Virus record (IMG/VR): IMGVR_UViG_3300037149_000105
Location: 64,001 to 128,000 of that record
Length of the DNA stretch: 64,000 bases
Direction: 5' to 3' (one strand)
From: a virus
The notes under the pieces were generated by a model. The model was not told the origin of the DNA. It saw only the letters and a program-made list of their open reading frames with translations, and made no database searches. This document shows, in pieces, positions 10,150 through 18,584 of the stretch. Made by a program: the position numbers and the translations under genes. Every line of letters starts with the position of its first letter. Positions within the stretch are counted from its first letter, which is position 1.

Positions 10150-10785
10150 ATGAAGACTGTGTTTCTTTCCGACACCCACAATTACGAGGTCGCCGTCCCC
10201 GAAGGCGATCTCGTAGTTCATTGTGGTGATGCCACCGAACGGGGCACCATCCAAGAGGTTTCGAAGTTCGCAGAGTGGTTTGGTAAGCTGCCCCACCGTC
10301 ATAAATTGTTCATAGCCGGTAACCACGACTTCCTTTTCGAGCAGAACCCCACGGTGGCCCGTCTGATCCTCAAAGACAACGGAATCGCCTATCTGGAGGA
10401 TGACTACCTGGAGTTGGAGGGTCTGAGAATCTATGGGACTCCCCAGCAGCCCTACTTCCATGGCTGGGCGTTCAACCGGGAAGAGGAAGACCTGATGCAA
10501 ATCTATGAGAGGATCCCTGAGGGACTGGATATTCTCATCACCCATTGCCCTCCTCGTGGCATCCTGGATGAGGTCGCTCAGGAATTCAAGATTCGTTACA
10601 TCGGGGACTTCGACCTACTGCAAAGAGTGAGTCGTGCGAAACCCAAGTTTCATTGCTTCGGCCACTGCCACGCAGGATACGGGGCCAAAACCGTCATCGA
10701 TACCTTCTTCATCAACGCATCAATCTGCAATGAAAGGCAGCTTCCGGTTAATAAACCGTGGACATTCGAGGTGGAACCGTGTTAA
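10150..10785 (+). CDS. metallophosphoesterase (MPPED/239FB-like)
   Basis: SDTH, HCGD, AGNHD, ITHCPP, FGHCH. Confidence 0.9.
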   Translation: MKTVFLSDTHNYEVAVPEGDLVVHCGDATERGTIQEVSKFAEWFGKLPHRHKLFIAGNHDFLFEQNPTVARLILKDNGIAYLEDDYLELEGLRIYGTPQQPYFHGWAFNREEEDLMQIYERIPEGLDILITHCPPRGILDEVAQEFKIRYIGDFDLLQRVSRAKPKFHCFGHCHAGYGAKTVIDTFFINASICNERQLPVNKPWTFEVEPC

Positions 10786-10994
10786 ACTATTCACTGGCCC
10801 TCTGGGGTGCGCTTTCGGCTGGGACTTTTCTCTTCATAGGGCTCCTCGCTATCAGTGCCTTCTTTCAGAGTGGAGTGGCTGGGTTTAAGGAGTTCAAAGT
10901 AAGTTACCTGACCCTTATTCTAACTCTCATCTTCGCCAGTGTGTTTTTCCCCATCGCATGGACAATGATCCATAGCATGATAAAGGAGCGGTGA
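10758..10994 (+). CDS. small two-helix membrane protein
   Basis: Two hydrophobic segments; start may be GTG 10779. Confidence 0.6.
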   Translation: MDIRGGTVLNYSLALWGALSAGTFLFIGLLAISAFFQSGVAGFKEFKVSYLTLILTLIFASVFFPIAWTMIHSMIKER

Positions 10995-11043
10995 GGCAAT
11001 TTTTTTTTGTAGACAGAACCCGCGCAATCGAGTATAATAAATT

Positions 11044-11481
11044 ATGGAGGTTAGAATGGAAAAGCGTGTCACCATCCTGGTCGGACCTTCCGGCTGTGGC
11101 AAGTCCACCTGGATCAAGGAGCAGGAAAAGTGCGGAGAGTGGGAGGTGTGCTCTGCGGATCACTACTTCCTCCAGGCGGATGGAAGCTACCAGTTCAACC
11201 CCAGTCTGCTGGGCAAGGCTCACGGTGCCTGCTTGGAGAAGTTCAAGCAATGCCTCGCTTGTGGCTTGTTCACCATCTTCGTGGACAACACCAGCACCCG
11301 TGAGTGGGAGCGCAAGGAATACGTGGAATTGGCCAAGAGGGCTGGCTACGAAGTGTGGCTGAAGGTCTTCCAGGTGGATCCGGAGGTCTGTGCGGCCCGT
11401 AACCTCCATGGTGTGCCGGTCGAATCCGTCCGTAAGATGGCGGAGCGGATCGATGTTCCAGAAGGATTTTATCCCGTATGA
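11044..11481 (+). CDS. P-loop kinase, polynucleotide-kinase-like (AAA_33/N4BP2-type)
   Basis: GPSGCGKST, SADHYF, VDNT, RNLHGVP. Confidence 0.85.
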   Translation: MEVRMEKRVTILVGPSGCGKSTWIKEQEKCGEWEVCSADHYFLQADGSYQFNPSLLGKAHGACLEKFKQCLACGLFTIFVDNTSTREWERKEYVELAKRAGYEVWLKVFQVDPEVCAARNLHGVPVESVRKMAERIDVPEGFYPV

Positions 11482-11807
11482 GCATTCAGGAGCAGTATCC
11501 CCGCATGTTCATCCCTCAGTTCTGGGGGATTGAGGTCGGTGACGGCTGGAAACCACTGGTGGATGAAGTAGTCACCCGGCTGGCCCAGCTTCCCGATCCT
11601 CCTCAGATCACCCAGGTGAAGGAGAAGTTTGGGAACCTCACCATCTATCTCACCTCTTACAGCCCCGATGCACAGGACATTTTGGATGAAGTTGAGGAAA
11701 GGGCTTCCCTTATTTGCGAATACTGCGGAGCCCCTGGAGAGGAACGTGATACCGGGTGGATAAAAGTCCTCTGTGATGCGTGTGAAGAAAAGCGGAGTAA
11801 TAGGTAG
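11478..11807 (+). CDS. conserved phage hypothetical protein (GW...QVKEKFG, CxxC)
   Basis: QVKEKFGNL and CEYCG...CDAC motifs. Confidence 0.75.
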   Translation: MSIQEQYPRMFIPQFWGIEVGDGWKPLVDEVVTRLAQLPDPPQITQVKEKFGNLTIYLTSYSPDAQDILDEVEERASLICEYCGAPGEERDTGWIKVLCDACEEKRSNR

Positions 11808-11808
11808 T

Positions 11809-12273
11809 ATGAGCATGAAGTTCGAATACACCCGAAACCCCATTCTGACTCACTGGGATGCAGACTATGTTGTGTCCTTTGACAGAGTCAGGACCATTCT
11901 CTCTCGTCAGGGCAGGCCAGCCAAGGTTGGTGAGGCGGATGGCTGGGCGTTTGAAGTCCCCGCTACTGAGGACATCCCCTGGCTTACTTCTCTGCTGCGT
12001 CATTTTTTCACGCAAGCTATTGAAAAGGCTTGCTTTCCCACCGGTCACAATGTTCTTTTGATTCAGCTTCCCGAATGGGCTCCAACCAGAGTATTAGTCT
12101 CTGTCTGGGGAGATCTTGCCAAACGAAAAGTCTGGGAAGACTATGATTGGCACAACTGCAACAAGGAAATACCCCCAGGTCACAAGTCTTTGATGAACAT
12201 CCGGCTACTTTGCCCCAACGAAGAAGTCTTCAACGGGATGGCTGCCTTCTTCCAAGGAACCTGGGAGTTGTAG
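11809..12273 (+). CDS. hypothetical protein
   Basis: ATG right after upstream stop. Confidence 0.65.
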   Translation: MSMKFEYTRNPILTHWDADYVVSFDRVRTILSRQGRPAKVGEADGWAFEVPATEDIPWLTSLLRHFFTQAIEKACFPTGHNVLLIQLPEWAPTRVLVSVWGDLAKRKVWEDYDWHNCNKEIPPGHKSLMNIRLLCPNEEVFNGMAAFFQGTWEL

Positions 12274-12301
12274 GAAGTCTGAAACTTTTTGAAGAAAAAG
12301 G

Positions 12302-12331
12302 TATACAGAACCCCTCAATACACGGTATAAT
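12302..12331 (+). promoter_or_regulatory. promoter at head of RNA operon (TATACA-N18-TATAAT)
   Basis: Matches repeated promoter motif; second candidate TTTACA...TATCAT near 12393-12422. Confidence 0.6.
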
Positions 12332-12599
12332 AGTTCAGAGGGGTAAGAACACGACCCCCCGAATACCCCGAAACTTCTTCCTGAAAAAAGTCTTTACAAA
12401 GGTTGAAATTCCGGGTATCATTATTACACAGGGTAAGATCACGGTCCTCCCCTGAAACACAAAATTGACAACTGAATAGTGTTTTTAGAAATGACTTGCT
12501 TAGTGCTTTAGGGCACGAAGCGGAAACCAGCCGCAGGGTTAGCCCTGTTCTGATTAAGTGCTGGTGGGTGGGCAACTAGTGAAGGCTCACAAATATCTC

Positions 12600-12689
12600 A
12601 GACGCTTGCAGCAACCAACCCTGGGGGAAACCCCTTTGCCAGGAGTTCTCGCACTCTTCTCCACAAATCAAGAGGGCAAAGGCGTCTAG
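12600..12689 (+). ncRNA. CAGCAA-family RNA, copy A
   Basis: AGACGCT/GGCGTCT closing stem, AGAC-N5-CAGCAA. Confidence 0.65.
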
Positions 12690-12743
12690 TTCTATCGCGT
12701 GATCGGCGTCAACCGGTCATACCAGTTTGACGGCTGGCAGACA

Positions 12744-12796
12744 GTCAGGTGCTACACGAGTTGACAACAACTTGAACTACGCTGCAAAATCCTGAC
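12744..12796 (+). ncRNA. GCTACA/AACTWCGCTGCAAA internal-loop RNA, copy 1
   Basis: GTCAGG/CCTGAC outer stem; loop sequence shared with 18987..19100. Confidence 0.55.
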
Positions 12797-13314
12797 AAGA
12801 GTCGTAAGGCATAGAATGACTTGAGTAGGGGGTCTCACCAAAACCTCATCACGATTCGAGTCACTCAAACAAATACCCTTAGAGTCTGTGGGGCGGCAAC
12901 ATCAGGTGCTCTAGAAAAGCAGAATTGGGTATGATACGGAAATGATTGGGTTCTGATTTCACCGGGAAACCGGGAGCAGAAGACAAAGCCGGGTTAAGTG
13001 AGCGACTCATACGAGCCAGGACGTTTCAGGCCAGCCCCCTTTCTCATAAATGTGGGCATCCCAGCCATAGCGTCACCAAACTTCTGGCACGGGGTGGGCA
13101 TATGTGATCCCACCCACAAATTTCAGCAGACAGCCATCGTTTCCACCACGCTCTATGAGGAGGTGTGAACCCGTGAGGAATGGCCCCAAGAGGAGAACAT
13201 CAGTTTTGTCTGCGAAACCAATTGAAAGTGCCGAGTAACCAGTACCTTCCCAACGGTGGGAATTGGCATAGCCTTCACACAACACGGGCCGCACCCATAC
13301 ACTTTCAATTAAAT

Positions 13315-13391
13315 CGGAAATTGGCGCAGCTTGGTAGCGCGTATGTTTTGGGTACATAAGGTCGAGAGTTCGAATCTCTCATTTCCGACCA
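13315..13391 (+). tRNA. tRNA-Pro(TGG)
   Basis: Cloverleaf, loop TTTGGGT, CCA end. Confidence 0.95.
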
Positions 13392-13392
13392 T

Positions 13393-13468
13393 GCAGAAGT
13401 AGCTCAGTGTTAGAGCGCCTCCCTAAAACGGGAGGCGCTCGGGGGTTCAATTCCTTCCTTTTGCACCA
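13393..13468 (+). tRNA. atypical tRNA, 8-nt anticodon loop CTAAAACG (nominal AAA)
   Basis: GCAGAAG/CTTTTGC acceptor, D and T arms, CCA; CCTCC/GGAGG stem encloses 8 nt. Confidence 0.7.
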
Positions 13469-13697
13469 ATCTAAGGCGATGTGGAAGCTGGGGGCATGGG
13501 GCATTACCCCTTGTAGTGGTCACCCGGAGACACATAGCTCAATTAGCAAGCCCCTAAGACGGGAACGAAAGTCGGCTGTAGCGCGGATTCGGCGTAGCGA
13601 CAGTGCTTCGGCAAACGATGAGTAGCGGTCGCTGAAAGAGTAAGGACCCTCCCGATGAGGAACCCACCTAGTCAGAGTTGCACCTGACCCTTAGATT
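13469..13697 (+). ncRNA. unassigned structured RNA
   Basis: Ends pair (ATCTAAGG/CCTTAGAT); several internal hairpins; between tRNAs. Confidence 0.4.
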
Positions 13698-13716
13698 CCA
13701 TACCATTCAAACCCAT

Positions 13717-13883
13717 GGCGGAGTAGCTCATCTGGTTAGAGCGACTCGCAGGAAAAATTGGAAAGAAAGACAGGGACGAAAATGAGGTGAAGCGCGACGA
13801 TCCTCTCAGTAGAAACTGGATGAGTAACTCCTTGAGTATTCTGTGAATGAGGTGGCACGGTTCAAGTCCTGCCTCCGCTACCA
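13717..13883 (+). tRNA. tRNA-like RNA with about 90-nt expansion in place of the anticodon loop
   Basis: GGCGGAG/CTCCGCT acceptor, TAGCTC..GGTTAGAGC D arm, GGTTCAAGTCC T arm, ACCA end. Confidence 0.75.
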
Positions 13884-14059
13884 ATGACCGTGAGGACTAG
13901 CCCCCTCACACTTGATATTCCGATGGAAGTCCGAAGCGGGAGTCAAAACTGATAGGTGGAGGGAACGGAGCCTTCGGAAACGAGGAAGCTGATTCCCAGA
14001 GAAGCCAGTGACCAGCAATGATGAATTAGGACAGCCGGGACAGGCTCCGGCCATAATCT

Positions 14060-14222
14060 CACCTCAGAGGTAAGGCGGGTGACAACTCGTGTGGTAGCTG
14101 GTGCAATCTCGTGGCCCACACTCTCAACCCCCTAACAGCACTAGGTTCTGGTGAGCCGTTGCAACGGCTTGCATTACAGACCTCGAAACGAGATGCGGGT
14201 AGGAAGAGTCCCCGCTGAGGTG
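14060..14222 (+). ncRNA. unassigned structured RNA
   Basis: CACCTCAG/CTGAGGTG closing helix, internal hairpins. Confidence 0.4.
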
Positions 14223-14360
14223 TTCCAATCAGTAAGATGCAGATGAGGGTAAAAGAAACAAGATCCCCCCAGTTATCGCAAATTCTGCAACTGCCATCCA
14301 AAACTGGTGACTGGTTTCAATCATGCCGGGTAAGCACCCTCTTTGCTGGAGGGACCGGCT

Positions 14361-14569
14361 CCAAATCCGACCTTAAGCAAGTCGAATCGGTGACGCGATA
14401 TAGTCCAGGTCTCTGGGGTGGCTACCCTCGCTAATTGCAGCCCCCTGCGTCTGGCTTCATACGCCGAGTGTCATGACCCTCAGAAGCCACCCTCTTCCAA
14501 GATTTAAGGGTCACTTGAATCTTCTCTCATGAGTTCCGGTGTAAATGGGAGTAGCTAACCGGATTTTTT
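14361..14569 (+). ncRNA. TAAGCAA/TAGCTAA pseudoknot RNA, copy 1
   Basis: Shared 5' and 3' motifs with 14571..14794. Confidence 0.6.
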
Positions 14570-14570
14570 A

Positions 14571-14794
14571 CCAAGATCAGGCTCTAAGCAAGCCGAATCG
14601 TTGGTGCAACGTATAATGCACCGGGTGTGAGTCCCCTTCCTACTCCAGTTGGTGTGGTCTGTAGGTACCTAGGCACCAGTCTCAAGCCCCGAAGACTCTA
14701 AACCCCAAGGCCCTTCTCAGTCTCTGTTGCATGGTTAAAAGTCAGAGGCCGGTGACCCAGTTCCTGTGTCAGTCACCGTAGCTAACAGGTTTTT
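14571..14794 (+). ncRNA. TAAGCAA/TAGCTAA pseudoknot RNA, copy 2
   Basis: Covarying stems relative to copy 1. Confidence 0.6.
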
Positions 14795-14869
14795 CGCCTT
14801 ATCCTATAGCGGTAAGTAGAGTGCCCTTTCACGGCAACAACCGGAGTTCGACTCTCCGTGGGGCGACCA
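14795..14869 (+). tRNA. tRNA-Glu(TTC)
   Basis: Cloverleaf, loop CTTTCAC, CCA. Confidence 0.9.
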
Positions 14870-14871
14870 AT

Positions 14872-14949
14872 GCACCATTAGCTCAGTTGTCCTAGAGCAG
14901 ACGCCTTCTAAGCGTCAGGTCATCAGTTAAAATCTGATATGGTGTACCA
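14872..14949 (+). tRNA. tRNA-Arg(TCT)
   Basis: Cloverleaf, loop CTTCTAA, CCA. Confidence 0.9.
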
Positions 14950-14950
14950 T

Positions 14951-15035
14951 GACGGTGGTGGTCGGATGGATCTGACGCTGGTCTGCAAAACCAGTCCCGG
15001 CAGGGCAATACGGAGTTCAATTCTCCACACCGTCT
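14951..15035 (+). tRNA. tRNA-Cys(GCA), long variable arm, no encoded CCA
   Basis: GACGGTG/CACCGTC, U73, loop CTGCAAA. Confidence 0.8.
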
Positions 15036-15106
15036 CAGTAATACCATCTGAGGGCTACTCCTCTCCCAAGGAAATGCTTGCTTGGTGATGAACCTTCAGT
15101 AAGAAT

Positions 15107-15194
15107 GGCTTAGTGATGCAACTGGCGAGACATGGCAGTCTCAAAAACTGCTCCCTTCAATGGGTTGTGGGTTCGAATCCCACCTGAGCTACCA
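15107..15194 (+). tRNA. tRNA-Leu(CAA)
   Basis: Class II cloverleaf, loop CTCAAAA, CCA. Confidence 0.95.
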
Positions 15195-15196
15195 AA

Positions 15197-15388
15197 AGGA
15201 GTGCCCATGCTCCTCCCAACATTTCGGTGTTGGGTTTGAATGTGCTATCAGTGAGGGGTAGTAACCCTCTGTTCAACCCCTTCGGGGTTGCTCATGCTAA
15301 CCAATTAGTAGCAGCGCATAAAAAGCTACAGAGGCCCCCGGAAGCCGCATGAAACTGCGGATAGGTAGCTGGATCCGACAAAACCAGC
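15197..15388 (+). ncRNA. AGGAGTGCCCATGCTCCT-family RNA, copy 1
   Basis: Conserved blocks shared with 15395..15586. Confidence 0.65.
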
Positions 15389-15394
15389 GAATCT

Positions 15395-15586
15395 AGGAGT
15401 GCCCATGCTCCTCCCATTCGTAGCAGTTTGTAAAATCAGTATACGATTGGGTCAGATGTGTGGTCGTTAAAGGCTGGTAACCTTTCCCGCAAGGGTCGTC
15501 AACGGCTGGTAGCAACACAGAAATTACAGAGGCCAATGGTCGTTCCTCGAAATGGGAACTAGGTAGTTGGAGCCGACAAATCCAAC
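15395..15586 (+). ncRNA. AGGAGTGCCCATGCTCCT-family RNA, copy 2
   Basis: Identical 22-nt start, conserved junctions, different helices. Confidence 0.65.
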
Positions 15587-15994
15587 ACGTTCACTGGCCC
15601 CAGCAATGGGGCCTTTGGTGGTGCTGGTGGACTGCGAGATTGCCCCACAGACCCGTTCCCGAAACGCAGATAGGACAACGGATATTTGACGTAAGGGCCA
15701 GCCGGAGCCTTTGATCCGGCACCTATCTCGGTGCCATTGGATTTGTGGACGAAAGTCTCCCCCAGTGGACAAGGGGTCGGCCCTGATGCTGACCCTCGAC
15801 AAAGTTCAACCCGTGCGCTGCTTGGTCGGCAGCATAGACCTCACGGAGAACACGCAGTTACCCCTAGGAGCAACCAATTGATCAGCTTCTACTGCGTCTG
15901 AATGAGGGTAGTGAAGGGTAGGATAAGTTAAACGGAGGATGGGAACCCCGCAAAGGTCATACCCCACCGGCCCTTCACGATTTTTCTTTGCTCT

Positions 15995-16079
15995 CCCCTG
16001 TTTGCCGCACGGTCTAGGCAGGAGCCTTTTAAGCTCTCCGAGTAATCGATAGCGGGTTCAACTCCCGCACGGGGGACCA
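15995..16079 (+). tRNA. tRNA-Lys(TTT), long variable arm
   Basis: CCCCTGT/ACGGGGG, loop CTTTTAA, CGA-GTAA-TCG extra arm, CCA. Confidence 0.85.
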
Positions 16080-16088
16080 GTTTGACCT

Positions 16089-16164
16089 GGACCTATGACG
16101 CAGCGGTCAGCGTTCTTGGCTCATAACCGAGGAGTCCTAGGTTCGAATCCTAGTGGGTCCACCA
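16089..16164 (+). tRNA. tRNA(CAT), Ile2 or elongator Met
   Basis: Loop CTCATAA, G1-C72 paired, CCA. Confidence 0.9.
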
Positions 16165-16166
16165 AC

Positions 16167-16267
16167 GCGCCTATCGTTTAATGGTAAGACAGCGGCTTTA
16201 TATACCGCCCCGAAAGGAGCCGCCAGATTAGCGGATTTTCCAGGTTCGAGTCCTGGTGGGCGTACCA
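16167..16267 (+). tRNA. tRNA-Ile(TAT) with double-hairpin variable region
   Basis: GCGCCTA/TGGGCGT, loop TTTATAT, about 30-nt variable region, CCA. Confidence 0.8.
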
Positions 16268-16498
16268 ATCTGAGTATTAACAAGTGTTGCCCCTGACTGA
16301 AACTCACTGAGGGGGCATGGGGTAGCGGATCCCCCGACCCAGCCACGCATGTGGAATAAAGATTGAACAGGGAACAGTTTGTGAGTTTAAACAAGACCCA
16401 AGATTCAATCATCCGACGATTTGTTTCAGCTACTGCTGCGTTGAGCAGGAGTCGTTAGATGCTGAAACTCCAGTGGAAACCGTGCCCCACTGGAAAAT

Positions 16499-16572
16499 GC
16501 GGGTTTGATGTAGTGGTAGCATGACATCCTTCCAAGTTGTTCGCGTGAGTTCAATCCTCATAACCCGCTCCA
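16499..16572 (+). tRNA. tRNA-Gly(TCC)
   Basis: GCGGGTT acceptor, loop CTTCCAA, U73-CCA. Confidence 0.9.
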
Positions 16573-16647
16573 GTTCTGACCAATCCGCCCATCTAGGCGG
16601 CGTGGGCTATGGTCCAGCCCTTCGGGAGCACGATACGCTCCCGCCTC

Positions 16648-17172
16648 CTATCTGGTCCTCCAGTACCCCGTTCGGGTTCGAAAATGAATCACGGCGTGAC
16701 AGGTTGGACAAAGCACTTGAAGGTTAGTTTCCTCGTTGTTAGCATGATTTGTGTCAACGTGGTGAACCGTCAGAACCTCTGGAACTTCAGAGTACCCACA
16801 AACCTCACACCTTGCCGGTTTGGCGCGGAAAGCAGTTTCTCGGTAGTCGGTCCTAGTGGTCCCGTAGTGACTGGGCTGGATGGCCACGACACCCCCAATT
16901 CGCTGTGCCGTCTCTTTACAGGCACGATCACAGAAAAATAGACCAGATTTCGAGTTCGATGTCTGACTCTGTTTCCGCACAACAGGCTTCCCGCACTGGG
17001 CACACTCAGCCATGATGGAAGCGGCTTGGGACTTCGCTGCACTACTGCACCCCTTGGAGCAAAACCTAGCTCTCTCCAGTCGGTGTTTTGGTACAAAAAA
17101 CTCCTCCCCGCACTGCTGACACTTGGTCGGAAACACCCTTCTCATTCTTCCGCCGTATTCCATGGTCTTCAT
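16648..17172 (-). CDS. HNH endonuclease with Cys-rich (FCS) zinc-finger repeats
   Basis: CEVCG...VHHVD...NN...NL.VLCPTCH. Confidence 0.85.
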   Translation of the reverse strand: MKTMEYGGRMRRVFPTKCQQCGEEFFVPKHRLERARFCSKGCSSAAKSQAASIMAECAQCGKPVVRKQSQTSNSKSGLFFCDRACKETAQRIGGVVAIQPSHYGTTRTDYRETAFRAKPARCEVCGYSEVPEVLTVHHVDTNHANNEETNLQVLCPTCHAVIHFRTRTGYWRTR

Positions 17173-17235
17173 CTCTTCACCTCAATTGAGGGTGGAAGAG
17201 ATGAAAGTCGCGCAACACTTTCAATTTCATTTCAC

Positions 17236-17315
17236 GGGTCGTAGGGCTACTCGGGGTGGCCATCTCCCTTGCACGGAGAAGATTCAGGTGGGTTCGATTC
17301 CCACACGATCCACCA
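17236..17315 (+). tRNA. tRNA-Ala(TGC)
   Basis: G3-U70, loop CTTGCAC, ACCA. Confidence 0.9.
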
Positions 17316-17710
17316 TTTTGGCACTCCACTCAGTGGGGCGATTACCCGTTTAGAACGATAGGCTGCTTGTGGTTCGGGGGAGCAAGCAGATGCCAATTCA
17401 AATCTGGAGGGTGCGGAGCACCTGATATATGGCACAGTGATACGAGAACGGGTTTGGCCTCTTAGGAGGATGCTGAGAAACCCACCGGAGTGATAAGGCA
17501 GCTTTTTTACCGGTACCTGCCGCTCGTGCGAAGGTCGTCCATGCCGGTTATATCGGACGAACAGAATTCATCTCCAGATCAAACATCTTGTGGAAGCATG
17601 TAGCCACATGCCTGACGAGCGAAGAGCCTGGATGCGAAAGCAGAGAGCGGGTTGAAACAGCCCCAATAATCCCAGGAAGATGAGGTAGCGACTCATCCCA
17701 CATATCTTAT

Positions 17711-17878
17711 CATGGAGCGGCGTGGAAATCGCAGACACGAAACGGGGAGAACCCAGTATCGCAGTTGCTGGCGGGTGCCATAAGAAAGTGCCGACCGTCA
17801 GTATGTAGTATCCCGTGGGCGGAGTAGGTTATAAACAGGACAACCCTTAGCTGGAGTGGCGACCAGCCTCCATGATCA
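17711..17878 (+). ncRNA. tRNA-like RNA with expanded anticodon domain
   Basis: CATGGAG/CTCCATG acceptor-like stem, CGTG/CACG D-like arm, GCTGG/CCAGC T-like arm, ends ATCA. Confidence 0.5.
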
Positions 17879-17950
17879 AATCAAAATGACGGACAGAGCC
17901 GCCCAGCTAGGTGGGTAATAGGAGTAGAGTCCCACTCCTGCTTTCCGTTA

Positions 17951-18040
17951 AAGACCCTCTCAGCAACAAGAAAACGGACGATGGGCCGGTAGTGCTCCCA
18001 CTAGGTCTCCAAGACTAGAGAAAGCTACCAAAGGGTCTTG
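17951..18040 (+). ncRNA. CAGCAA-family RNA, copy B
   Basis: AAGACCCT/AGGGTCTT stem; CTCCAAG loop at 18007-18013. Confidence 0.7.
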
Positions 18041-18130
18041 ATTTTTTCCTTCGAAAGGAGCAATACAATGAGAAAAGAGGCATCCGAAAGTCCTCCTGTG
18101 TAAGCATCTGCTTACGTTTGGAGGTGCCTT

Positions 18131-18283
18131 ATGGCGCAAAGCAAGACGCACGGTAAGTCCGTGCAGCAGATGTCCACCGTGCAGTTGTTAGCGGTGGCAA
18201 AGAGTGGCTCCCTTCTGGCTGCGGCAGCAAAGTATTTGCTGGAGCAGAAAGGGGTGGAGTGGAGGGACAAGAAGAGAAAGTAA
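18131..18283 (+). CDS. small basic protein (50 aa, not in ORF track)
   Basis: GGAGG RBS; MAQSKTHGKSVQQMSTVQLL...RDKKRK. Confidence 0.5.
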   Translation: MAQSKTHGKSVQQMSTVQLLAVAKSGSLLAAAAKYLLEQKGVEWRDKKRK

Positions 18284-18310
18284 CGTCAGACCGGGGAAGC
18301 CCGGTCCCAT

Positions 18311-18385
18311 TGGGGTGTAGCACAACGGTAGTCGCGCTCGGCTTTGACCCGAGTTATGGGGGTTCGATTCCCTCCACCCTAACCA
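18311..18385 (+). tRNA. tRNA-Gln(TTG)
   Basis: Cloverleaf, loop CTTTGAC, CCA. Confidence 0.9.
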
Positions 18386-18584
18386 ATTCGTCTTAGCCCC
18401 TAACGGGGCTTAAGGCAGTGATGACTGGCACTTACCACGATATTGGGCCATGTCGGTTGTATGTGGGTTCGTGGATCCTATTACGATTGTTCCGATTTGC
18501 AATTTCAAATCGGTGGCGATGGGTAGAGGACTTGTCCTCTTCGCCGGTTTCCAACTTCCTAAAAGTTGGTGGTGGAGGCGGTGT

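Noticed and set aside
13393-13468. Amber suppressor (CTA) and stop-codon recoding
   Set aside because: CTA is not centred in the loop, and long ORFs end normally at TAG, TGA and TAA.
13770-13835. Hammerhead-like GACGAAA...CTGGATGAG inside the expanded tRNA
   Set aside because: Core has an extra G and stem III does not pair next to GAAA.
13921-14057. RNase P RNA (GGAAGTCCG ... CCGGCC)
   Set aside because: Too short and conserved region V / P4 pairing not convincing.
17596-17640. Hammerhead-like CTGACGA...GCGAAA after a GCATGT/ACATGC hairpin
   Set aside because: No UH cleavage site before stem I and no stem III pairing.
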